From Balanoglossus misakiensis (Eukaryota > Animalia > Hemichordata), in contig CM082598.2 of the NCBI GenBank assembly GCA_040954595.2, positions 2,356,001 to 2,420,000 on the forward strand: DNA of 64,000 bases, in the 5' to 3' direction. Positions 1-12,101 of the stretch are shown piece by piece. Positions within the stretch are counted from its first letter, which is position 1. Each line of letters starts with the position of its first letter. A program made the translations under genes and the position numbers. The notes below the pieces were generated by a model, which was not told where the DNA came from, ran no database searches, and saw only the letters and a list, made by a program, of their open reading frames with translations.

Positions 1-83
1 TCATTGACTTGCAACACAACTTAGCATCAATATACCGAGGGTTTTGGTGATTGTTCTGAGACAAATATTGATTTCATTTTCAG

Positions 84-2153
84 GTTGGCATGTGGAAAGT
101 GTCCATCCACAACCCAAGCCAGATACCGAAAAACGTCTCGGTGAGCGTCCAATCAAAACGGCGCTCCGCTGAAGAATATCCAATAGTAGCCTTGGCGAAA
201 TGGAGCACAGACAAAGTCATTCCACCCAATGACGTCATTCTGTATGTGGCTGTTACTCGAGGTATGTACTGTGAAGGGATTTCATTGGCTGTAGTGAAAT
301 ATGAGACATGGAATCCACTGTGGGGATGGTTTTGTATTAATGATAAGACCGGACCATAAATTGTAAATTTATTTTTCTCAGTAAAATAAACTGTCAGGGT
401 GTACTACAAAAGGGCTCAATGAAACTGTTCCTCTCACTTTCTGAACGATTCCCTTTCTAGGTTACACGCCTGTAGTGAATGCTAGAGTGCGGGCAATTGT
501 CGATCGACCTGACAGCGATCCAGTGACGTTAAATTTACGTGACAATGGGGCGGGACCTGATGTAACCAAGAATGATGGCGTTTACTCAATTTACTTCACA
601 CAGTTTAGTGGTTCTGGTAGATACAGCGTCAAGGTAAGTTGGCTATCAGCTCTCAAACTCTGGTTTATCTGTAAAGTTGTAGTGTTGGTGGTTGTGTTAA
701 CATTAACGGAATGCAAGGATTGCTTTCCAAAAGTAAAGTCGGATTTTTGCCAGTGGTCGAATATATGGTTGTTAAAAACTTTGGGCCTCTAACTTTCCTC
801 AAACTTTGTGAAATTCCTAAGCCTGTTATTTTTTGTCATTTTGCATCAGGTATCTGTATTTAGCGAGGGTGCTATGACAACATTACGCGTCGGGGAAATC
901 ACTGGCGGTAGCGGGGCTCTACGAGATCCTCAATACACGGTCAATGAAACTGGCGAGTTTATATCAGATGAACCAGTCGGATTGTTTCAGAGGGTAGCCC
1001 TGGGCAGCAGTTTCACCTGTGAGGGCGTGCTTTGCAGAGGTAGGAAGGCAACCTTGAAGACAAGTCTTTTTCTTCAAGAAGTCTATGGGAATTACGATAC
1101 CCCTACAATATTTATTGCAATCTCACTTCATGTTCAAAACATTAGCATTTCTGCATTTCATTGTTTTTATGCATATTTCATGTTTGATTACTGCCTAACA
1201 GCGTCCGATGTCTGAATAATGAAAAATAAACGAATGTTTATTTCTTACTTCATCATTCATAGCATCGTACGACAACTATCCCCCAGCCAAAATATCGGAT
1301 CTTGACGTGGAAGAAACTATGAACTCGACAGATTTAGGTGTCACGCTTGTTTTCACGGCCACTGGAAACGATTTGGATCGGGGCACAGGTAAATTAACCT
1401 AAGAGAGGGGGCAGACCGATACAGAGAGAGAGAGGCAAGCAAGAGAGATGAGAGAGATGGAGGGCGGAGATCGAGAGAGGGGCCGGGGAAGGGGGAGACA
1501 GAAAGAGGGATCATCTAAAGGAATAAGCGAAACATATCTTACCTTTTCATTACAGCATCTTCATATGACATTTGGTATAGCAACAACTTTACGCTGATGT
1601 TGTCCGACTACAAAAGCACATCACTTGTCGTACAGAAACAGCTGTCCCGCGGAAATCTGACCGATCCTAAACCATCAGGAGAAGAAGAAACGATCACAAT
1701 TAGTGGATTTCAACACGAAGGTATAAAATGATCTTGTACCGATTTTGTACATTTCTAGGTTCATATATAGCTGGTGGGTTTAGCTTAATAACTCGAAACT
1801 TGTAAAATCGCAAAACCTAAAAACAGATTTACAATCTAACTATTCCTTTTTTTCTGACAGGTCCATTCGTTGGTGTATTTGGGGTGATCGCAGTCGATAG
1901 AGCGGGCAACAGATCGCCTCTGTCGAACATCGTCATAGCAAATGTAGACGATTACAGATGGGTTGCAATTGACAAACAGTACGGCCGACGCAACTACAGT
2001 GATCTCTACATTTGGATCATCATCGGAGTCATCATTTACCTGCTCCTGGTCGCCATCATTGTGGCGATCGTTGCCTGGATACGAAACTACAGGCGACGGA
2101 ACCGATCCAAGAACGAGAAGGGGGCCAAAGTGCGCATGACCCCTTGGATGTAA
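84..2153 (+). CDS. CLCA: Calcium-activated chloride channel regulator (CLCA family), 3' part of a gene that starts upstream of the window
   Basis: GT-AG exons ~84-261, 461-633, 850-1039, 1263-1388, 1556-1720, 1861-2153 join in frame. CLCA hallmarks include LRDNGAGPDVTKNDGVYSIYFT..GRYSVK, YPPAKISDL, FTATGNDLDRGTASSY and AVDRAGNRSPLSNI (FN3 region), followed by a C-terminal TM helix (IWIIIGVIIYLLLVAIIVAIVAWI) and a basic tail. Confidence 0.9.
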
Positions 2154-3086
2154 TCTGATCCCTCCATCCCTCCCCTTTCTCTACACATCCACCCTGTTTG
2201 ACATTGCCTGCGGGCATAAATCTGACTGACCAACCTCCAGAAGACCGAAACTATAAGCTTATAACTTCAGAATTTGATGATTTCAATATTTTCCCGAATT
2301 GTGCGGACATAGAGTAGCACTGAATGGTTATGTAACACGTACTAGGTTACACCTGTAAGTGTAAGCCTACTATTCAAATCGTTCTGTGACCTCAAAATAA
2401 GGTCACCGTAGACCATTCCGCACGTGGACCCTAATTTCTCGACTTGTGTCTTTTGGAGTAGGAATTCACCTGTGTTTCACGCACCCGTGGTAATATCGCC
2501 CTTAGAATTTAGTGATCAATACTATCCGGGTTTAAACTTTCCTCATATTTACTCCTGTGTTTACAAGTCGTGTTATCAAATATACAAACAGACACGAGGT
2601 GCGCGCCGTAAGCTACAAACTTATTCACTTTCTAACAAGAAACATGATCATCAAAATAATATTCCGTTACTTCAAGACAACAATCGAAAACTTACCCCAC
2701 TCGTTGACTGATGTAGTTTAGACTTGTCGCGACTCACAATGAATAAATTCCCAAATATTCCTGGTGCGGCCCGTCGGACTCCGGAGGTCTCTAACTCATA
2801 ACTCTGGCATACACGAACGCGCTATCTGGGTGTTGATTGGATAATGCGCGCACATGTTGACTCACACGCGCAAAATGCTATCCAATGGCGTGATGCGTAT
2901 TAGCATGTGGAAGGGAACAGCAGTGGACCAGACGACGAACAGATTTGAGGTATAATGGTTTAAGATAGGTTTACAAAACTTAATAAAATAATATAATTTA
3001 TTGTCAAATATATTTAAAGAATGAAAAACCAGGAAAGGATAGATGCCATAATGCACTGCCAGCCACAATTACTGCTGATGCGCTTA

Positions 3087-3170
3087 TAGTCTTGGTTACC
3101 CAGATGCCTTTGCTTCTCCTTTTCGGGAGAGCAGCAGGAAGAAGCAAAGGCGTCTGGGTAACCGAGACTA
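3087..3170. mobile_element. 84-bp palindromic MITE-like hairpin
   Basis: The 31-nt arms tagtcttggttacccagatgcctttgcttct and agaagcaaaggcgtctgggtaaccgagacta are reverse complements with 2 differences; both ends are TA. Confidence 0.65.
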
Positions 3171-4845
3171 CTGCACTTGCAGTAAACTCCTTGCTGTTCC
3201 ATAATAATGTGAAAATTGATAAAAACTGCCATCAAAAACATGGCAAAGTCCTGATCATTAGCTGTTCTTTTGTTGTGGAAGAAATTTGGTGTATTCTAAG
3301 TCATTAGAATTGTAGTAGTGATTACCATAACTTCTTTCTTTGCCTGTCACAGAAACTGTTTATTTGAAAGATGTCAGGTGATTCTTTGAACTGTGAAAAT
3401 AAAGTCATGATCTAATCAAAATATATGGCAAGTCTACACAAGTTTTATTTTGTAGTCACTGGAAGATGGTCTAAATGATGTAGAAATGATAAACACACAT
3501 AAGACAAACACAAATGATAGACAAAGAGACTAACACAAATGATAGACAAAGAGACATATTTTTGTTAAAAGTGATAAAAAATGTTCTTTTAATAAAATGA
3601 AATAAACTATGCACAAAGTTTAGACCGTTGGTCTCCATGGCAACAAAACATACAACCACAAATCTGTGGCATTTTGTCAAGAATGGTTCTACTTTACAGA
3701 AATGCATTAAAGAAGTATGGCAGTAAAGATGAAAATATTCTGAAAAGTGATCTTGGACAATTGTACACAATTATTACAAACTGGTTGTCTTAGTTTTAAT
3801 TAATATTAAATGTGGATGTTGAAAGTTTATGCTCAATATTTGACTGTAAAATAATGTCATAACTTTCAAAATACTGTAGTACTTGCACCAAATTAAATTT
3901 TCATGGTGGGAAAGTAAGCCAACTTGATCACAAAGATTTTGAATTGAGTTTGACTGAATTTTCTTTCGTGGAAGAAGTTCGAAGTTTTTATACTGACTCA
4001 CTCACCTCAACTCATCAGGGTAATTTCAACAAACCCAATTATGAGGGCTGGTGGTGATGGACACCTGCATAGTGAGATGGAAGGTTACAGGTCCAGTAAA
4101 ACTTACAAGGTATGCAAGACAGCATATCATGGAAAAATTTAAAAACATGATTTAAAATATTTCCTTGGACTAAAAACTGGAAAAGTCTTGAAAATGTAAA
4201 AACTTAAAAAAAAAACTTTAAAAATGGACTGAATTTTGCGGTTGAAATTTGAACCTTTCTGAAACAAAAATAAAACACGATAAAACAAAGATCAAACATT
4301 AAAAGGAGACAGAAAAGAATATCAACTCCACAAACTATACAATATTTGAAAATTTCAAGTATTTACAAAGGACCCTTTTTGAAGCACACAATATTGAGTT
4401 GGTTGGTAGGCAATACTGTTGTCCCACGACAATAAACTATTGATTCGGAAAATGCTCATTTACACCAGAAATCTATTGGACAACAAACAGTGTATTCTGA
4501 AATTTAATGACAATATTTGCAAAAATTTCTTACTGCCATTCTCTAGAATTACCGAAATAGAACCCAAGCTACTGATTGCTTTGATCAATTTCCTTTCACT
4601 ATAAAAACTCACAAAACATTTAAAGTTCATAACAACAAACTGTAAACTAATTGTATCTTCCGTGTCAATCAACACGCGTGATTGGAATATATTTACATAA
4701 TAAAATCTTACAAGGTGAACTGTTTCATATTCTTTATTTGATTGTTCACAACATAATGAATACTATTTCTTGATTGTCCATTGCACTCGCATTTCGTTAT
4801 GGTGACTCTTTTTACACATCAGGTGTGTGTTGTCTTCTCTGTGGG

Positions 4846-6823
4846 CTACGTCAAGCTCATACTCCTGTTGATTTTTCTGCCGATGAGTCTGGAACTTCTG
4901 TCGGATCTGGTGTTATTCTGTGCTTGTGCTTCCCTGAGTTGACTGTTGATAGAAAGGAAATATATATGTCCATAAGATCTCTGTAGATATTTGTATACAG
5001 TAACGATGTCATTCTAAGCACAGTCAACATTATAAATTTGCCTGTGCTCTCTGACAAACATAATTTTAAAAAGCTTTGAGTCAATTTGAGAATTTCTAAA
5101 TATTGGGACTTTGAACTAAGCAAACAAGGATTTCTATAAGAAACCAAGTTTGTTCCCTTTACATAATATGTATAAGTATGTACAGTCAAACCTGTCTATA
5201 GTGGCCAGTCAGGGGATTTTCCTAAACTGGCCTTTATAGAGAGGTGACCACGTGAATTGCACAGGGACTGTAACTAAGTGGCCACTATATAGGGGTGGCA
5301 GGGGTTTGACTGTACCTTGTGAGAATTGCATTCTGGAATTTGGCTTGGTTGAGTTCCTTTCTCAAGAGCAGAACTGACCGCTTGTTGTGCGCACACAGCA
5401 ACGGATGCTGCACCAGCGTCGCTGCCGACGGTCTGGCGCGAGGATCTGGATGAACCATGCTGGCCAACAGGCTGTTCATTTCGTCCGTACACTGCGGTAA
5501 CCTTGGCAACTCGCCAGCGCGTATCCTGTGCCACTCGTCGCCGTTCATCGGAAGAGGACCCTTTCCTCCGGCCGTGATGATGGTCAGTGCCAGGGAGAAG
5601 ATGTCTGCCTTGGGGAGGTGTGAAAATTCCTGTGAAATAGAAGAAAATTTCATTATCGAAAAAATTCCTTCAAAGTCAAATCAAGCGATTTTCCTGAACA
5701 AGTGGGATATGCTTTGGAAATTGTGTATAGGCAGACGTCATCTATCGTACATATCTACCAAACATCATACGTTTCATAGAGAAGGCTAACACTTTCCTTC
5801 ACTCTATACAAATGTATAATTAGTATGAAATGAACACAAACTTACCTCTTGGAGAATTTCATTGGACAGAAACCGAACATCTCCTTCTTCTACTCTAGGA
5901 TTGGCTATTGAGGTCACATGACCTAGGTCACCTGAAATGGGAGCATCGTACGCTATTTAGAACATCGGATTCAGATTGAAGATTCAAATTTTCTTTCCAT
6001 GCAAATGTACAAGTAAACAGAAACATAACATAAGAATCGCTTTCATACCTATTTTATAAATTGTCAAATTTTTGTCTCCAGGAAAGTAATCATCATCATC
6101 TTCGCCACAACTGTCGTCTTGGCAACCATCACTCCCCGGCGACTTGTTGATTGGTTCTTTTCTATGTACAAAAATATTACCTGTGAAGAAAACAATACAA
6201 TAAATAAAAATAATGCTTTTATGATTTTAAAAATCTGACCAACTGGATTGAGTTTAGCATATCTGTGCAAACTGCATTGAAAATTCCTGGCATACAAGAT
6301 GAATTAAATTATGCCATCGTAGGATTCTAATTCTGAAACTCACCAGGTTTGATGTCCATGTGAACTAAACCCTGTTGGTGGATGTATTTCAAACCTTGCG
6401 CACATTCCAACAGCACTTGCTTGAGTTCAGTTTCTGTCAAACATTTACCACTCCTCCGGTGTTCTGATATGACGTCAGCTAAACTACCAGCTACAATAAA
6501 AAGACAATAAAAATTATTTCTAAAAAAATGATAAAAGACACAAATCATGAAAAATGCATTTTTTAAATTTTTATTCAATTTATTGGAGTGCAAGATGATT
6601 CCAAGGTAACTCACCGTTACAATACTCGTTCTGTATAAGCATGTGGTCGTCCTCAGCCCATGCTGAATAGTATCTGACGACGTGTACATGCGTTCCTAAC
6701 ACTGCGTGTGCGTAGACCTCATTCATTGCCATTTTCCTGGACAGAAAATAAAGTACAAAACAAATATGAGCAAACTTAGAAAGACAAAACCACACCAATA
6801 TCACCATCATATTCATTACCAAT

Positions 6824-6869
<46 letters not shown>

Positions 6870-9800
6870 CCACCACCACCACCACCACCAAGAAGTCAGT
6901 GTGATGGTGGAATTTCAACCAACAAACCGTGAACTTCCCCACGAATCTCAACTACGAATACTTACTCGTCGACTGATCCAGCGATGGGTTTCTTGGACTT
7001 CTTGATTGCGTAGTAACACCCGTCCAACCGATTGATACATTTGTAGACGGACCCAAACTCCCCTGAACCAATTTTACAGATCTCCACAAACTCTTCATTA
7101 TACCTTGAGATATTGCTTTCCCTAAGCGCTACTTTCTGTTGATGAAAAAAAAAATACAAATTGAGTTGCCAGTTTTGGAGAAAACAACTGTGGGAATTCA
7201 AGATAGCTTGGAGGTCTTTTACAGAGCAATTCACAAGTAGGTGGCTTTTTAAATCGAAACAAAGGGCCCCAACAAAAATTATGCAGATTGGTTTTCTTGG
7301 AACAAAGACGGGAAGATAAAGAGTCCAGGGCTTTCAGCTGTGAAAAGCACTTAATTAATTAGTGTATTGTTCTTGGAGGGGACCCTGGCTTGTGTGATGG
7401 AATTTTCGCAGATGAAAGATGCACTCCAGGAGTCGTAAAAGCCTAAAGCTTCCATGTGCTTCAGAACAATTATATATCAAGTTTAATGAGGGCACAGACT
7501 TTGTGCTGTACTGTTTGATGTAGAGATACAAAGGAATACGACCACAAAGATTATCTGAAATCCTCTACACCTGCACTGTCACAGAAAAGGAAGTAGACTT
7601 ATTGTGATGGTTGAAAAACAGTGATGCTGTAACAAAAGTGATGGTAGGAAGTTTACTATTGTCACATCAGATGGGGGAATTTGAAAATTATCATCTCACG
7701 CAGAGAATACCAAAAAATGACAATAAATTTCACAGACCAAGGTGTACTGTTTTTGACAATGAATGCCAGAGGGTAGGGGTATTGGTTCAGAAGCCCTTGA
7801 ATGTGGGCAAAATGTCAGTTGACATTTAAATGTGACACTGAACTTGATCAAATCCAAAAAACTACAGGAGGTGGTCCCCCAACAATTGAAAAGTGTGCCC
7901 TGCATGTCTTCTTTTTTGACTCACGCTTTTGTGAATTGTCATTTTAAAACGACATTGAATTTGGGTGCAATCTCAAAACTGCTGGAGGTCCCTATACAAA
8001 GCCAAAAAGTGTGCCCTTGTTATGAATGTGTATTATTTCTTAGCCAGTTTGGCTTGGTGTTTAAAAAGCATGCTGAATTTGTGTCAAACCTCCCAAACAG
8101 TTTGCAGCCCCTACAACAATGAAACAAAGCTGAGATTGCATCCTGATGTCCATCTATTGCCCCTTTGTCAACTGACATTGGCACTGAAGGTGTCAACCCC
8201 CCAAACACATTCCTATACAATACAAAAAGCTGAAAAGTGTGCCTGTCCATAGACCCTTTCTCTAGGGTCTATGGCCTGTCAGACAAACCATTCCCTCCTT
8301 CCTTTGTCAACTGACATTTAAAAAAGTAACACTGAATAACTTATCACTTTCTAGGTGATTCATTCAAAAGAATTGAAAAAAAATCTTGTGATGGGAGGGG
8401 GTGTGAATGGCCCAACCAATCCACTTCACTGACGTCTGATTTCAATGTTTGTTTCGTGTTTTAAATTTTTAAAGGGATAGTTGCAGTTACTAGAATTCTG
8501 AAATTTTTTCCAGGATTTTCACTGTGTATAAACTGATTTTTGTTTAACCATTGCTCTAAAACTGTATTCACATTTATTAAATAACCAGGCTTTGAAGGTA
8601 CATATTGCATTCTCCACAGATGTGATATGGTTTAGAATCTGTTCATGTTTTTAAACAGAGTCAATTTTTTATCAAATGATTCCCACACTCTGCAAATAGC
8701 TTCCCTTACCCACCAACCCACAGAAAATCCACCATGGGAAAATGTACATTTGAGGGAATGAACAATTTCCTAACTGAAAAAGACAATTATAAGTGCATTG
8801 TTCAGTGTATATAGCTGTTACTAACTGGGCTGAAATGTTGACAAATCCCACTGCAAAAATCAATGAACTTGAACTCAACTATTGATCAGCATTTCAATGG
8901 ACCCCAGTGGACCAGGGGGTTGTTTGACTTGGTCAATTATTTGACAAGGGTAAAGAAAGCAACATGGCTAAGGTCAGGTCATTGCCCAGGCCAGCCAATG
9001 ATGGCCCCAGATAAGCTAGTTTTACTGTGTTTATGTTTGAGATTACAAGTACCTTTATTCAGGATTGCATAGATCTTTTTAAATCAGGTCCACTATTTTT
9101 GAAGGGTTTCACATAGGGTTTCAGAACTTACCTTTGTTGGGTTTCGTACAAAATCCATCTCATAGTCTTCATCACTGTCACTGTCTGTGATATTCATACT
9201 GAAAATGAAGACAAGATAAAGTGTTGGGTCAAGTTCACATGCTGTTTAGGTGATTTTAATACTAAATATTGATGACATCACCCAAAAGTTCTATGACATC
9301 ATCCAGTGCTGAAATTTACATTCCAACACACTGACACCTTTCAAGCTTTGGACTACTACAATCTCAGTGATTCTAATGAAAAAATGTACAAGTCTCATCC
9401 CATGAGTCATACAACTTCCTAAAATCACACAATCGACAGAATATTTTCAGTCTTCGTCATCATTACCAAAAATCATGACCATATAAGGAAGAGGTGATCA
9501 ACCTGCGTTGACCACGTTGACCTTTACACCTTGTGTAGTGGCAATTTAAAAATCCGTGTAAGTTGCAATCAACGATTCGTTTGATGTACATTTCATGAAA
9601 ATGACAAACTCACCTGAAATCTGACCTCGATCGCTTTTTCGAGACATGAACGAGTGCATCTGGTGTGAAGGGGTTGACGTTTGCTATTTGTTTTCGCGGT
9701 GGCCTTGGGGCAGTCTGTGATCTCCGGTTGTTTTCGCTGTCTCTGGTCGCGCTTGAAAATAAAGAGGTCGCCGAGAGAAACTTCGGTTTGCAGGGCGGTG

Positions 9801-10245
9801 TTCCTATCCCCGTCGATGATGCCTTTTTCAGTAAAGTGTTCGGAGTGTGTGGGGTATCGTAAAGTTGGAGATTTCTCATCCGTTTGTGGGGAATGGGTGT
9901 GTCGGGAACTGTCGTCGGTCGCTTGAACTCGAAGTCGATAGGTGATGCTGTATTTCGCCTAGAAATGTCCAAAGCCAAAGGCGATGAATTCCTCGTCCGG
10001 CTGTAGCTTTGGTTGGATACTGGACTTGAAGGAGGGCTGGCAAAATCTGGATCCCAAAACGGCAAGCTATCATCGTGGTTGTTGTTGTTGAATTTGAGTC
10101 GATGACCAACGGGGCTGATGAATGGGCCATCGGGAACATCTTCTTCGCCGGAGGAATCAAACGCGTCTCTAAAATCCAACCTCTGTACGGGTGATCTTCC
10201 GCACCTAGTTCCACAGAACAAGCTGATCGTAGTTGGAGACGCCAT
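4846..10245 (-). CDS. WEE1: Wee1-like protein kinase
   Basis: Exons ~10245-9614, 9198-9132, 7135-6967, 6736-6615, 6491-6344, 6181-6049, 5931-5846, 5629-5316, 4942-4846. Motifs: LYDTPHTP, Wee-box [47 protein letters not shown] (in place of DFG), EEGDVRFL, C-terminal [15 protein letters not shown]. Confidence 0.97.
5181..5314. mobile_element. Tc1/mariner-type MITE with TA target-site duplication in the last WEE1 intron
   Basis: ta-CAGTCAAACC...GGTTTGACTG-ta, i.e. a terminal inverted repeat flanked by TA. A related fragment lies near 26750-26800. Confidence 0.75.
6826..6889. repeat. (CAT)n(CAC)n microsatellite in a WEE1 intron
   Basis: Directly visible trinucleotide run; it generates the spurious poly-His and poly-Met ORFs. 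Confidence 0.95.
8241..8280. mobile_element. 26-bp palindromic insertion with 7-bp direct repeats
   Basis: gcctgtc-CATAGACCCT ttctct AGGGTCTATG-gcctgtc. Confidence 0.65.
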
Positions 10246-10364
10246 CACAGGTCGAATTTGATCAAAATTTTTCCGATTTTTGACGAGATTGTGTGCCGAA
10301 AAGAGCAAAAGCACGCGTTGTGAATGTGTGCGTTCACACCTTGATGGTCATGCAAAGTGAATTA

Positions 10365-10505
10365 GAAAATTGGCGCGTCGGTTACCCATGTGACCTCATC
10401 GACCAATCACAGTGCCAGATTGACGTTTTTGAAAAGTATCCACCTACGTCACGTGATTTGTGAATGAATCATCAACAACCGTGGAAGAAAACAAAGTCTT
10501 GGCGC
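10365..10505 (-). promoter_or_regulatory. WEE1 promoter with cell-cycle elements
   Basis: E2F-like TTGGCGCG at 10370-10377, CCAAT at 10403-10407, CHR-like TTTGAA at 10428-10433, E-box CACGTG at 10450-10455, and a second TTGGCGC near 10499. Confidence 0.55.
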
Positions 10506-12101
10506 TTTTCAGCAAACCACGAAAACATTACGCACATTGTATTGTTTGGTGGCCCTGATTTGGTGGCGTGACGCTATCATGACGTTGAGATGCGTGGCCA
10601 TTGTCCGCGATCACAGATGTACATGACAGAAGCTTGCGAAAAACACGTACACCACGGGATATATATTATCCCTCTGTGTGTTTATGAGGAAATGCCTTTT
10701 GTTTTTTAATCCCACTGTCGGTACTTGCGCTATCTTTGAATGTGTTTTCCATTGACTTAAATTTTAAACGCAATCGCTATGCAAACAATCAGTAAGTTTG
10801 CAATACAAATTACTGTTCATCCGTGACCTCAATAATGAGAACGAAATTGGGAGGGAAATGGGTCCCAAATCTAATCACGCACTTGTTGCATGTTAGATAC
10901 CAGTGTAATAAAGGAAAAGTTTGAACGTACATTCGTTTCATGGTAAACACGTACAGAATCTGCACCGTGTAAAGCATTTATATTTTGATGACGGCGTTTT
11001 CTTGGGCATAAACTAAAATATCATGAGTCACTCTTATGGTACAGGATACAGGAACCCCCATACCAATATGAACAGTGACACATTCAATCACGTATGTCAA
11101 CATCTGTTTCCAAAAGAGCACCTGTACCCAGGTGTGTGTGTACCAAAGCACTTATTAATATGATAACCGATCACCACATACAGTATAATAACCTTGATAG
11201 GATAAACTTCTGTGTCAACATAAATAAAAGGGATTAATCATGATTTCTGTGTTAATTTGCATATTACAGATACCAGGTACAGATATTCTATCCATCTTTG
11301 CAATATTGGTTTGTTTGTGATCATTTAAAAATAAACAGAAGTGAGACAATATTTCACATGCAGCAATATCTATTTTTCCTTTCTCACACAAGCTAAATAC
11401 CATCAAATGATACACACTTTTTTACACTGTAATGACTATATAATATGTACACTTTTACAATATTTGTATTGTCATATATAAAATTGACACTTTTGCACGA
11501 AACACAGCAGACAGCAAATTGCATGTTTTCAAGGTGAAGTAAATGGTTTTCAATTATGGACAATTCACTTTTCAAAAAAGGGTACTACAGCTGCGTGGAT
11601 GCTCAAACCTGTAAGGACAGATCTTCAGAGGTGCTACACATTGCCTTTCCAGTTTAAACTATCTTTCAGCACACTTCAGATGTTTTACATACAAAAACTG
11701 ACAAATATCTGTCAGTTACAAACATGTCGGTTAAATTTCCATAAGTAATGCTTGTGCATTTATAGTTTCATATTAACTGAGGATTAAAATAAATAGACTA
11801 AGTTTGATAGTTGAAAAAACTGTATTGTCTATAGTAAATATAGCATATTCATGCAGATATTCTTATGAAAACAAAACAAAACTTTACACTATTTACAACT
11901 GACCCACGTGAATTTGAAACAGTGATTCTGATAGGCTGATTTAAATTCCAGCACAGCCATCAACCAATTGGAAGTAAGCATTTCCACCGATCAGCACTTG
12001 GCTTTGTTAAGCTACACAGGCAGCTAGTGAATGTATATAACTTGTTTTTGGCGAATATTACAGTGTCCTCGACAACATCCATATTTGGCAGTTTCCCGAT
12101 T

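Noticed and set aside
3350-4845. CPE-like TTTTAT motifs in the WEE1 3' UTR
   Set aside because: Biologically plausible, but the UTR is so U-rich that the matches cannot be told from chance by eye.
6580-7005. Poly-His and poly-Met ORFs
   Set aside because: Translations of an intronic (CAT/CAC)n microsatellite.
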